Source: a virus (Duplodnaviria > Heunggongvirae > Uroviricota > Caudoviricetes). Taken from it: a stretch of DNA of 12,586 bases. The stretch is taken from the IMG/VR virus record IMGVR_UViG_2534681978_000013. One strand, 5' to 3'. Position numbers and translations under genes: made by a program. Positions 1-8,541 of this stretch are shown here, piece after piece. Position 1 is the stretch's first letter. Each line of letters begins with the position of its first letter. The notes under the pieces are model-generated. The model had not been told where the DNA came from, ran no database searches, and saw only the letters and a list, made by a program, of their open reading frames with translations.

Positions 1-674
1 GAACAGAGCGGCAATAAGTCGTCATCCCATGTTTTATCCAGGGCGATCAGCAGAGTGTTAATCTCCTGCATGGTTTCATCGTTAACCGGAGTGATGTCGC
101 GTTCTGGCTGACGTTCTGCAGTGTATGCGGTATTTTCGACAATGCGCTCGGCTTCATCCTTGTCATAGATACCAGCAAATCCGAAGGCCAGACGAGCACA
201 CTGAATCATGGCTTTATGCCGTAACATCCGTTTGGGATGCGACTGCCACGGCCCCGTGATTTCTCTGCCTTCGCGGGTTTTGAATGGTGCGCGGCGACAT
301 TCATCCATCCACTCGGTAACGCAGATCGGGTGATTGCGATCTTTGCGGTAAATCCGGCATGTACAGGACTCATTGTCCTGCTCAAAGTCCATGCCATCAA
401 ACTGCTGGTTTTCATTGATAATGCGGGACCAGCCATCAACGCCAACCACCGGAACGATGCCGTTCTGCTTATCAGGGAAGGCGTAAATTTCTTTCGTCCA
501 CGGATTAAGGCCGTACTGGTTGGCGACGATCAACAATGCGATAAATTGCGCATCGCTGGCATCACCTTTAAATGCCGTCTGGCGAAGAGTGGTGATTAGT
601 TCCTGTGGGTCGACAGAATCCATGCCGACACGTTCAGCCAGCTTCCCTGCCAGCGTTGCGAGTGCTGTACTCAT
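1..674 (-). CDS. bet: Bet-like single-strand annealing recombinase, partial (C-terminus runs off the window start)
   Basis: Hand translation of the minus strand from ATG at 674 gives MSTALATLAGKLAERVGMDSVDPQELITTLRQTAFKGDASDAQFIALLIVANQYGLNPWTKEIYAFPDKQNG..., which matches my recollection of lambda Bet almost residue for residue. Not in the ORF track because no stop lies within the window. Confidence 0.9.
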   Translation of the reverse strand, partial: MSTALATLAGKLAERVGMDSVDPQELITTLRQTAFKGDASDAQFIALLIVANQYGLNPWTKEIYAFPDKQNGIVPVVGVDGWSRIINENQQFDGMDFEQDNESCTCRIYRKDRNHPICVTEWMDECRRAPFKTREGREITGPWQSHPKRMLRHKAMIQCARLAFGFAGIYDKDEAERIVENTAYTAERQPERDITPVNDETMQEINTLLIALDKTWDDDLLPLC

Positions 675-679
675 CCGTT

Positions 680-976
680 TTATACCTCTGAATCAATATT
701 AATTTGGTGACGGGCGATGGTTTCAGCCATGTAGCGGATGTGTTCTGCCATGCGTTCCTGAAAATCGACATCGTCATCAAATGCACGGGAAATAGCTTTT
801 TTGCTGGCCCCGTGACGTTGCAGATTATCGATGCATAGCGATTCAAACAGGTGTTGGGGCAGACCTTTTTCCAGGTCGTCTGCCAGCTCAGCTTCAGTTT
901 CTTCACGGGCAATTTGCTGGTAGTGTCGTGCCCATGACTGCTCTTCAATGCGATCGGGGATAAGCCAGGCATTCAT
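680..976 (-). CDS. gam: Gam-like RecBCD inhibitor, 98 aa (short form)
   Basis: Protein [26 protein letters not shown]...[20 protein letters not shown] closely resembles the C-terminal 98 aa of lambda Gam. Stop TAA lies 5 nt upstream of the bet ATG; the start overlaps the stop of the upstream 690-aa ORF (ATGA). Confidence 0.85.
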   Translation of the reverse strand: MNAWLIPDRIEEQSWARHYQQIAREETEAELADDLEKGLPQHLFESLCIDNLQRHGASKKAISRAFDDDVDFQERMAEHIRYMAETIARHQINIDSEV

Positions 977-3045
977 GATTTATCACCTCCGAAATTTTCA
1001 AGCCTGTTGGCAATCATGATGGCGATATCAGGGATTGCTGGCGCTGTGGCTATACATGCGGGGTTGGCGCACAAACCATAGACGGCGGCAATCACGAGCT
1101 GTCTTTTCCAGTCGAGAGTTACTGGCTCAGAATTGGCGTCATCGCCGGACGTATCACTGCCTGGCTCGTTCTGAACAACGGTTTCGCCCTCCTGAGCGGC
1201 ATCAACAGAGTTTTCCTGAATGATCTTCTCCTCAGTTTGTGCTGAGTCTTCTCCATCAGCGGCGTCATTTTCTCCAAAAGTTTCAGCGTAAGTTTCATCT
1301 CCCATTACTGGACCACAGTCAGGGCAATGGCCGCCACCGTTCCGACTGCATGTGGTGCAAACCTTTTCCACTTCCTGTTGCATTACTGGCCCTGGCTGTT
1401 GCTCTTCTGGCCCGTTTTGTTGCGTATCCGGGCTGTTTTGTCCCGCTTCTGGGGCAATTTGTTCCACTTTGGACTGATTCTGGTCCTCAGTGTCGCGAGT
1501 CTGGATCCCCTTCACCCACTTCGGATCAGCAGGGTTACTGATGCATTCAACGAATTCTCCACGCGAGGCAGCCAGTAATTTGTCGGCATCGACTGGATTT
1601 TTTGGGGGGATGTTTTCCCTGGCTTTATTGAGTTCCTCCCTCAGTTCCTGGTATTTCGTTTCTACAGATGAGACATTTTCCAGTGATTGCGTGTCCTCAT
1701 TATGTTTAACTGGAATTTCTTCCACTGATTCAGGCGCTGCCTGTTCATTAGCCATTGTGTCCGATGCTTGTTGCTTTTCTTCATCGCCATGTTTTCCTTC
1801 TGCTGTTCCGCACTGCGGCATCGGTGCTGATGAGCGACCGCAGGCAATTTCCACGATTTCCGGATCCGGGTTAGCGTGATCGGTTTCGGTCAACACTTTG
1901 TTGAGATATTCAGTCACGCGTGCCGGGATGGCCTCAATGCCGATTGGTGCTTCTTTCACGGAAGCCACCACAATGGCGCGGGAATAATCCAGCCCACCGG
2001 GCATGGCGATAAATTTGTCGCGAAAAACAGAAAAGGGCGGCTTATTCTCTGACACGATTTCTTCAACGCGTTTTGCGTGTGCTGGGTGCAGGTTATAAAT
2101 ATCCACATCCATTGAACGGGCCAGAACGCCGGTGGCTACATCTCGTGCGAGTGATGTCTTATCATGTTTGAATCCTTCACCACGATCGGTAATATTTCCG
2201 CCGCCAGCGTTAGCACCGGAAGGCGTACGGGTAATGCCTGAAACATAATTTCCGTTCTGCCATTCTTTTGTCAGCAGGCCCTGATCAAGGTAGTCAGTTT
2301 TCATCCAGGTGGAAATGAACTTGTCGAATTCAGCCGGGCTGATTCGATGATTTGCAGAGTGGGGGAATGCTTTCCCTACAGATTCAGCCAGGCGACTAAG
2401 GTGATAGTTCGTCAGTTTATCCAGTTCATGATGCGCGGCGCGCACAGCAGTAAGCAGGCTCTGAAGGTAACTGTCCTCTGTGTCCATCTCCATACGGATC
2501 ACGTTATTGCGTTGTTCTGGTGTGGCATGATGCCGGTATTTTCCATCTTCATCTTTGCTGAATAAGAAGAGGTGAAGGAAGCGATGAGTAAGGCTCAGAG
2601 TGGCGACGGGAATTTCACACTCAGAACAGTCATCGTCGCTGTCCGGGGATTCGCTTTTCTCCACATCATCCGGAATAGTTCCGTCCAGGTTATCGTTGTC
2701 ATCGCCAGCAGTTGTGGCATCTTCACCGTTGATGTTGTCATCGAAGGGGATAGCCATCATGGTGATGCCATCGTTACCGCCTTTTTCATAGCGGTTGCAG
2801 AATTCAGTATCAAACACGCCTTCCGGTGGAAGGTCATTCACGACGGGGAAATTTACGCGAACGGGTTTTTTGAAATCATCCTCGTCGTAGCCTGCATCGT
2901 CCATGGCTGCAATGCAGCGGGAAACTGCGACAGAAAGTTTTCTGGCCTCGGTCCAGAAAAAACCGCCTTTGATGCCAAGGCGTTTTCTGACTTTATCGTT
3001 TTTTGCTTCGCAGTGTAGTGCAAAAGTCTGTTTATCAGCGCTCAT
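973..3045 (-). CDS. Large acidic hypothetical protein (690 aa) with a CxxC-x7-CxxC zinc-ribbon motif; possibly related to the non-nuclease N-terminal region of RecE-family proteins
   Basis: Long uninterrupted ORF co-oriented with the pL operon. Contains D/E-rich low-complexity stretches and [15 protein letters not shown]. The block ...[16 protein letters not shown]...[58 protein letters not shown]... resembles, from memory only, the N-terminal part of Rac RecE. No C-terminal nuclease domain: the ORF ends where gam begins. Confidence 0.8.
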   Translation of the reverse strand: MSADKQTFALHCEAKNDKVRKRLGIKGGFFWTEARKLSVAVSRCIAAMDDAGYDEDDFKKPVRVNFPVVNDLPPEGVFDTEFCNRYEKGGNDGITMMAIPFDDNINGEDATTAGDDNDNLDGTIPDDVEKSESPDSDDDCSECEIPVATLSLTHRFLHLFLFSKDEDGKYRHHATPEQRNNVIRMEMDTEDSYLQSLLTAVRAAHHELDKLTNYHLSRLAESVGKAFPHSANHRISPAEFDKFISTWMKTDYLDQGLLTKEWQNGNYVSGITRTPSGANAGGGNITDRGEGFKHDKTSLARDVATGVLARSMDVDIYNLHPAHAKRVEEIVSENKPPFSVFRDKFIAMPGGLDYSRAIVVASVKEAPIGIEAIPARVTEYLNKVLTETDHANPDPEIVEIACGRSSAPMPQCGTAEGKHGDEEKQQASDTMANEQAAPESVEEIPVKHNEDTQSLENVSSVETKYQELREELNKARENIPPKNPVDADKLLAASRGEFVECISNPADPKWVKGIQTRDTEDQNQSKVEQIAPEAGQNSPDTQQNGPEEQQPGPVMQQEVEKVCTTCSRNGGGHCPDCGPVMGDETYAETFGENDAADGEDSAQTEEKIIQENSVDAAQEGETVVQNEPGSDTSGDDANSEPVTLDWKRQLVIAAVYGLCANPACIATAPAIPDIAIMIANRLENFGGDKS

Positions 3046-3152
3046 TGTATTTAAACCTCTGGCTGGATTAGAATTAGCGGCCCTTTGTCTGATTTCTCCG
3101 AATACGGTGACGCAGGGAGAAATCCGGTAGCCTGCGCTGCCGGATTTTTATT

Positions 3153-3539
3153 TCAGTGGAAGGTTGCCTGGTTTGCTGTTTTGTGAGTTGTTTTTCCCTT
3201 TTCGTGCTGGCATTCAGGGCAGTCGCACTCAGAATTTTCTCTTGCAAACTCAAGAGCCTGTGCAAGTGTATGGATTTGTTGTACTCCAATGTTGCTTCTG
3301 ACAACTTCACGTGCAGCATGAATATATGGGCTTGGTGTTTTGCCATTTAACCCACATAAAACAAAACGACTGTCCTTATATTCGTTATTTCCAACTTCTG
3401 TAAGCACTGAAAAAGAAAATACAAAGTCGATTTTGTATTCTTTGCATATTTTACTGATGCGTTCTGCAATTTCTTTGAGTTCATTTATTGCATCAGGACT
3501 GGTTTTGGAAAATATTTCATTTTGCGCAAGTTCTTTCAT
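3153..3539 (-). CDS. Hypothetical protein, 128 aa, AT-rich gene
   Basis: ORF in operon orientation; AT-rich by eye relative to the flanks; C-terminal CDCPEC cysteine cluster; no family recognised. Confidence 0.55.
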   Translation of the reverse strand: MKELAQNEIFSKTSPDAINELKEIAERISKICKEYKIDFVFSFSVLTEVGNNEYKDSRFVLCGLNGKTPSPYIHAAREVVRSNIGVQQIHTLAQALEFARENSECDCPECQHEKGKTTHKTANQATFH

Positions 3540-3622
3540 TTTGATTTTTCCGTGATTGATAATTAATGCGGTTTTATTTCGGCTTGTCTGTTACAGATAT
3601 GGAAGGTGTATTTTATTACTCG

Positions 3623-3862
3623 TCACAACGACGCTGCTTTTACGGGTAAGCCATCGCGCCCGATGAAAACTTTAATCATGCAGTCGGTAATGCATGTTTT
3701 TGTTGTGAAGTTACGAATATAGAGTTTTCTCTTTTCAATATTGTTTGCTGAAGCGATATATGTCCGACCTTCATGAAGAACATAATCGCCAGGCGTCACG
3801 CACTGACGTGGTATTTCATCAGTTTCGAAGTGATGAGCAATCATAATTATCTCCATTTTCAC
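3623..3862 (-). CDS. Hypothetical protein, about 77-79 aa (GTG at 3862 or ATG at 3856)
   Basis: ORF upstream of the 128-aa gene in the same AT-rich block; weak ribosome-binding site; no family recognised. Confidence 0.4.
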   Translation of the reverse strand: MKMEIIMIAHHFETDEIPRQCVTPGDYVLHEGRTYIASANNIEKRKLYIRNFTTKTCITDCMIKVFIGRDGLPVKAASL

Positions 3863-4017
3863 AAATGAACTTTGTTGATGCGGTGCCTGGTGCCTCCAGG
3901 TGACGTTAACCAGTTAACAACTAACGCCGGGTCAGGGGACGATGACTTTCCGTGACATCCTGTCGGTTTAACTGTTCCGCGTGCGCATAGCCGCATTCAC
4001 CGCATCACAAAATTCAC

Positions 4018-4061
4018 TTTAAAAAGGGCGGACATCAGCAATCGGCAAACCGATGTCCGCC
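4018..4061 (-). terminator. Intrinsic terminator for leftward transcription
   Basis: Perfect 10-bp GC-rich stem ggcggacatc (4027-4036) / gatgtccgcc (4052-4061); on the minus-strand RNA it is followed by CUUUUUAAA (reverse complement of 4018-4026). Confidence 0.55.
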
Positions 4062-4300
4062 AAGGGCTACACACAGCAATGTTGTTATTCACAACCGGAA
4101 GCGCACGGTCGAAGAAATCTAACGACAAGCCTTCAATGGGTAAGAGTCTTCGCCGTGCACTTTCGTGTTGTACCCTGGCTTTCAGGGTAATGTCTGTTCA
4201 GTAAACTGAGACTGCCGGAACTCACCCGTGTCCGGCGCACGATCTCCACCTCACCCGTGGAGAACTCCTCAACTACAAACCCCGTAAGGAGAGTGAATTT

Positions 4301-4510
4301 ATGACACAAGAAGAAAAAGTGATGTTTCTGATGCGGCTGGCTGTCGATACCCACAACACACAATTCAGGGAGAAAGATATACCTCAAAAGGCAGTTCCTG
4401 CCGCGGTAGATAAGGGCGGTGCTATTGCCGTATTTTACGATGCATTTGAATCATTTTTTGATGAAAAACTCGACGCTGTTAGCGACTTCGGAACATCGAG
4501 TAATAAATAA
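4301..4510 (+). CDS. Small hypothetical protein, 69 aa, transcribed opposite to the pL operon
   Basis: Strong Shine-Dalgarno AAGGAG 9 nt upstream of the ATG (gtaAGGAGagtgaatttATG); clean ORF ending TAA; a weak hairpin plus T-run follows. Confidence 0.6.
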   Translation: MTQEEKVMFLMRLAVDTHNTQFREKDIPQKAVPAAVDKGGAIAVFYDAFESFFDEKLDAVSDFGTSSNK

Positions 4511-4527
4511 CGTTCATTACGGTTCTT

Positions 4528-4562
4528 AAACAACAATCAGTGGGTTTGATGTTGTTCTTTTC
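4528..4562 (+). terminator. Possible weak intrinsic terminator after the 69-aa gene
   Basis: Imperfect AT-rich inverted repeat aaacaacaatca / tgatgttgtt followed by cttttc. Confidence 0.3.
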
Positions 4563-4712
4563 AAGCTCACTTGCCATCACTTCCATTATTCTTGCACTTA
4601 CACGAATTATTTGGTGGCTGTAAGCGACGCAACTGTCGCTGATATTGCTGTTTATTTCTATTACTTCATTTTCACTGGCGGCGCTAAATTTGGATATGCC
4701 GTTTCCATTGTC

Positions 4713-4838
4713 CTATTTCAGTGCTTTTTCTGCCATCTGGATGCGTGTCAGCGTTGCGGAATTTGGGCTAAGTCGATAAACCTGTCTGGCATCTTCCAGA
4801 AGCAGGGCGATAATGTGCTTCAGTTCTGTTTCATTCAT
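4713..4838 (-). CDS. Candidate small ORF, 41 aa (MNETELKHIIALLLEDARQVYRLSPNSATLTRIQMAEKALK)
   Basis: Found by hand translation, below the ORF-track threshold. GGAG 9-12 nt upstream of the ATG; lies between the 238-aa gene and the divergent gene in operon orientation. Confidence 0.25.
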   Translation of the reverse strand: MNETELKHIIALLLEDARQVYRLSPNSATLTRIQMAEKALK

Positions 4839-4869
4839 AGTTAACTCCGGTAGTTGCAATTTATTAATA

Positions 4870-5586
4870 TCAGGCGGTCAGCTCTTTAAGCTTCTGAACT
4901 GCTTTATTCATTTCATCCATACAGTCGATGAATTCGTCCAGTTTAAGCTGCATTTTTCCGGCGGCCTGAAGAATTTCAAGTTTTAAGGGCGCAAGTTTTT
5001 TGTTGAATGCATCATCTTCCTGGCGTTTTTTCTCCGCAATTTCGGCGGCTTTCAGCAATTCTTCAGCCTGTTTTCTGAGTATTTCTGGTGAAGGTGAAAC
5101 TGCTTTGAGGTTATTCATTTCAGGTTCCTGTTGTTGCAGAATTAATTTGTTGCATTCTCTGCGTGAGCGTTTCATTGCAGATTCGCACTTCTTGCAATAA
5201 ATGGCTCTCCCGTCACGCTTGCTGGCATCTGAATAAAAATCATTGACTGATTTTGTCTGCCCGCATCTGGTACATAATTTTGATTGAAGGTCCTTAATGA
5301 TTGTGACGTTTCCTTCCCGTTTGGGATATCCATATTTTTTGTGGCGGAAAAAGGTTACTCCGTTACCAGAACCTTCTTTTCTGACCTTAAATACAATGAT
5401 GCTTTCCCGTTTATCGATAAAATCTATGAGCTGGTTTCTCTCCTTTCCTGACAGTTCGGCAAATGTCTTAACTTTTTTAGTAACTTCCGTAAGGCGAACT
5501 CCATCAGGCATTTTTTCAACGAAGTTTTTAATCTCTGCAAGCGGACGCCATAATTTTTGCGGCAAAACTGAAGGCGTGGTCATCAA
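4870..5586 (-). CDS. Hypothetical protein, about 237 aa, with a zinc ribbon (CTRCGQ...CKKC) and a Lys/Glu-rich coiled-coil C-terminus
   Basis: The ATG at 5583 (or TTG at 5586) directly abuts the TGA stop of the N-like gene (tgaTTGATG), implying translational coupling with N. Occupies the sieB/ral-like position. Confidence 0.7.
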   Translation of the reverse strand: MMTTPSVLPQKLWRPLAEIKNFVEKMPDGVRLTEVTKKVKTFAELSGKERNQLIDFIDKRESIIVFKVRKEGSGNGVTFFRHKKYGYPKREGNVTIIKDLQSKLCTRCGQTKSVNDFYSDASKRDGRAIYCKKCESAMKRSRRECNKLILQQQEPEMNNLKAVSPSPEILRKQAEELLKAAEIAEKKRQEDDAFNKKLAPLKLEILQAAGKMQLKLDEFIDCMDEMNKAVQKLKELTA

Positions 5587-5970
5587 TCACCTCGCCGTCA
5601 GTTGTTTTGATTTCCGGTAGCCTGCCGCGTAAATGGCTACGTTTGGAAGACATACACCAGTTTCTGGTTGCTTATGTCCAAACTCATTCGCGTACACAAT
5701 GGCTGCTCGCTCCAGATTGCGTCTGTATTCTTTCTGTTGCCAGATCACGTCCTGTGCCATGAACTTAATTGGCTTAGCGTCTTCTATGCGCTCAGGCGTT
5801 TCGTGAGTACCTTTAGCCTGAATCTGCGCTCTGCTTAGAGTAGGGCGGTGTAATACTTCTGAACTTATTGCTTCTTCGCGGGCCAGCACGCCGTTAGCTA
5901 ATGCCTTTGCCTTTAAACGCTCACGACGATGAGAGCGTGAATTGCCTTTGAACTGAGTTCTGCGTGTCAT
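5587..5970 (-). CDS. N: N-like transcription antiterminator, 127 aa (non-lambda type)
   Basis: First gene downstream of pL. Perfect SD AGGAGG 5 nt upstream of the ATG. N-terminal arginine-rich motif MTRRTQFKGNSRSHRRERLKAKA; C-terminus ...AAGYRKSKQLTAR resembles my recollection of P22 gp24 / H-19B N. Cognate GACAA-loop boxB hairpins lie in both leaders. Confidence 0.75.
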   Translation of the reverse strand: MTRRTQFKGNSRSHRRERLKAKALANGVLAREEAISSEVLHRPTLSRAQIQAKGTHETPERIEDAKPIKFMAQDVIWQQKEYRRNLERAAIVYANEFGHKQPETGVCLPNVAIYAAGYRKSKQLTAR

Positions 5971-6135
5971 ATAGACCTCCTGATGAACTTTGGTGGTGTG
6001 GTAGGTGGGAGACCCATTTCGACCTGTTTCGGCCTACTTCAATTCGGCAATAGTCCCGCAGGCCCCGCCGCTTTACGTGCGACATATTCCCGTCCATGAA
6101 CCCTTCACCACACCCCAAAGTTCACTTTGGTTATT

Positions 6136-6150
6136 GCGCTTTGTCAGCGC
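6136..6150 (-). promoter_or_regulatory. Putative nutL boxB hairpin (GCGCUGACAAAGCGC in the leftward transcript)
   Basis: 5-bp stem with GACAA loop between pL and N, the same loop as the nutR candidate. I could not identify a convincing boxA upstream. Confidence 0.4.
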
Positions 6151-6210
6151 CGTAGATTCATATTTGAATCGTTGTATATTCACCGCCCTGGTGAGTAGTG
6201 CGTCCTGCTG

Positions 6211-6247
6211 ATGTGTTTAGTATCACCGCCAGTGGTATTTATGTCAA
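6211..6247 (-). promoter_or_regulatory. pL promoter
   Basis: -35 TTGACA (plus-strand tgtcaa, 6242-6247) and -10 GATACT (plus-strand agtatc, 6219-6224), arranged as in lambda pL and overlapping OL1/OL2. Confidence 0.85.
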
Positions 6248-6281
6248 CACCGCCAGAGATAATTTATCACCGCAGATGGTT
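6221..6281. promoter_or_regulatory. OL operator array: OL1 6221-6237, OL2 6245-6261, OL3 6265-6281
   Basis: Exact 17-mers tatcaccgccagtggta, caacaccgccagagata and tatcaccgcagatggtt, equal to lambda OL1/OL2/OL3 as I recall them. Confidence 0.9.
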
Positions 6282-6440
6282 ATCTGTATGTTTTTTATAT
6301 GGATTTATTTTTTGCAGGGTTGAGTGGCTTGGGAGGTGATCGAGAGATCTGAATTGCGATGTTTAGTGAGTTGTATCTATTTATTTTTCAATAAATACAT
6401 TTGGTTATGTGTCTTTAGGTGGGGGGGTGAGGCAAAGAAA

Positions 6441-6466
6441 ACCCGGCGCTGAGGCCGGGTTTTTCT
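6441..6466. terminator. Bidirectional intrinsic terminator, end of the cI-cargo operon
   Basis: aaagaaa-ACCCGGC-gctgag-GCCGGGT-ttttct: a 7-bp GC stem flanked by an A-run and a T-run, immediately after the TAG stop of the 258-aa ORF. Lambda has the same hairpin left of rexB. Confidence 0.8.
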
Positions 6467-7241
6467 AGGCTACCAGAGACTCAATCCAAGAGTCTCTGGT
6501 ATGGAATGGCAACACTCGTGCGGTATCATTAAATAGTAGTGATAGTTGCTGTAGCTCAGGTGTTAACCCATCGCTGTCAACTATTACAAATCTATTGTTT
6601 ATGTCAGGAACGACCTGACTTAAGTCAACAATCTTCCCAACTGTTGAGTGGGCAGTATTCCATCCCTTACTGCTGGCAAGGCTTACCGTAAACCCGCGTT
6701 TTGGTGGTATTAGTCGAGACTCATTCCTTAGCGTTAACGGAACAGTAATGTTATGCCCACTAATACCTTTCACTTTTTCCTTTAAGGCTAGTCGCTTCCC
6801 AAGCCCTGCTGATTTTAAGTAACTGATTACACATTTTTCGAACTTATCGTCTTTGACCTCAGCATACCAATCAGCAGTTTGGGCGGATGCAAGAATCCCA
6901 CCACGAATAACATTTGCAGTTACCTGTCCAACGGACGACTCATCTGCCCACGCAGATATCTCTCCAGAGTCATTTAATGAAATTCCTTGCGAAGCGAGTG
7001 ATGACCTGATCAGATCAATTTTCTTTTTAGTCAGGTGGATGCCGCGTGATTCAATATTCATCAATGTATCGCAGTAGTCTGTAACCCTATACTGACCACT
7101 CATCTCTTGAACGAATACACTTATCTGCTCACAATCATCGTAGTATGTGAATGGACTAATAACGCGCAGCAACGTGTCGCTCATTGGGTGGCATTCAAAC
7201 CCGAGCTTAGATATGACTGTTGAACACGTTACATTTCCCAT
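6465..7241 (-). CDS. Hypothetical protein, 258 aa (alternative start at 7184), distal gene of the cassette in the rexB position
   Basis: Long ORF co-oriented with cI, overlapping the upstream 180-aa ORF by 13 nt; AT-rich by eye; no RexB similarity and no family recognised. Confidence 0.7.
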   Translation of the reverse strand: MGNVTCSTVISKLGFECHPMSDTLLRVISPFTYYDDCEQISVFVQEMSGQYRVTDYCDTLMNIESRGIHLTKKKIDLIRSSLASQGISLNDSGEISAWADESSVGQVTANVIRGGILASAQTADWYAEVKDDKFEKCVISYLKSAGLGKRLALKEKVKGISGHNITVPLTLRNESRLIPPKRGFTVSLASSKGWNTAHSTVGKIVDLSQVVPDINNRFVIVDSDGLTPELQQLSLLFNDTARVLPFHTRDSWIESLVA

Positions 7242-7771
7242 GATAACTGACCTGATTTATCTTGATTAGGTAAAGGTGGGCTGCCTTCATATATGATATT
7301 AAGCGCCTCGCAAAAATAATTCCAGTAGCCAAAAAAATCATCTGGCTTGATGTTCGTTTCAAGCTTAAGTGCAATTTCTTCCCCAGCTGATTCGAAGTAC
7401 ATGTGATAGTGAGGACCTCGAGCCACCTCAACAAAATCTGGATGGTTCACTATAGATTTATTACGGTGTGGCTTGTTATCCGCAGGGTACGGATCAAGCG
7501 CGTAAATGCGCCTGTCATGAAGAAACATCACAAATGAAATCTTCACTATATCCACCCCTTCAACGATAGGAGGACGCCAGTGAAGCATAAATCTTATGCC
7601 TGTGATTGGGTTGCCAATTTCATCAAAAGCTTTGAGATCCAATTTAAACCAGATTGGGGTTCGTCCCTCACTTCCGGTCCATGTAACTCCGCTAAAAGTT
7701 ACTTTTTTCAAGCGAGTAATAGCTTGGTCAACCTCTTTCTGGGTAGGCTTAAAGTCGCCTTTTTTAGCCAC
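7229..7771 (-). CDS. Hypothetical protein, 180 aa (GTG start), proximal gene of the cassette in the rexA position
   Basis: ORF begins 46 bp downstream of the cI stop with a GTG start and a GGTGA SD-like element upstream; no RexA similarity and no family recognised. Confidence 0.7.
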   Translation of the reverse strand: MAKKGDFKPTQKEVDQAITRLKKVTFSGVTWTGSEGRTPIWFKLDLKAFDEIGNPITGIRFMLHWRPPIVEGVDIVKISFVMFLHDRRIYALDPYPADNKPHRNKSIVNHPDFVEVARGPHYHMYFESAGEEIALKLETNIKPDDFFGYWNYFCEALNIIYEGSPPLPNQDKSGQLSWEM

Positions 7772-7817
7772 TGATTCGTATCACCATGAAAGCTATTGTT
7801 AATACCTGTGCTTCTTG

Positions 7818-8534
<717 letters not shown>

Positions 8535-8541
8535 TTAAATC

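Noticed and set aside
237-702. Plus-strand ORFs 237..599 and 520..702
   Set aside because: They lie antisense within the clearly identified bet gene; shadow ORFs.
634-972. Minus-strand ORF 634..972 (112 aa)
   Set aside because: Alternative frame overlapping gam; the gam frame yields a recognisable Gam protein, this frame does not.
1035-3130. Multiple plus-strand and alternate-frame ORFs inside the 690-aa gene (e.g. 1239..1541, 1490..1879, 2572..3018, 1662..1847)
   Set aside because: Antisense or out-of-frame shadows of a long, compositionally biased coding region; no start signals.
4611-4844. Plus-strand ORF 4611..4844 (77 aa)
   Set aside because: Begins with TTG, no ribosome-binding site, odd hydrophobic/aromatic composition; overlaps the better-supported 41-aa minus-strand ORF.
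3118-5627. Shared 13-mer tccggtagcctgc at about 3121 and about 5614
   Set aside because: A single 13-mer coincidence is expected by chance in a 12.6-kb window; no extended similarity around it.
5921-6211. ORFs 5921..6118 (minus) and 6005..6211 (plus) in the pL-N leader
   Set aside because: They overlap the N start and the nutL leader, have no ribosome-binding site, and the region is better explained as the pL/nutL regulatory leader.
6421-6427. G7 homopolymer just upstream of the terminator hairpin
   Set aside because: Short, intergenic, and plausibly part of the conserved lambda-like terminator context; no evidence of a phase-variable function.
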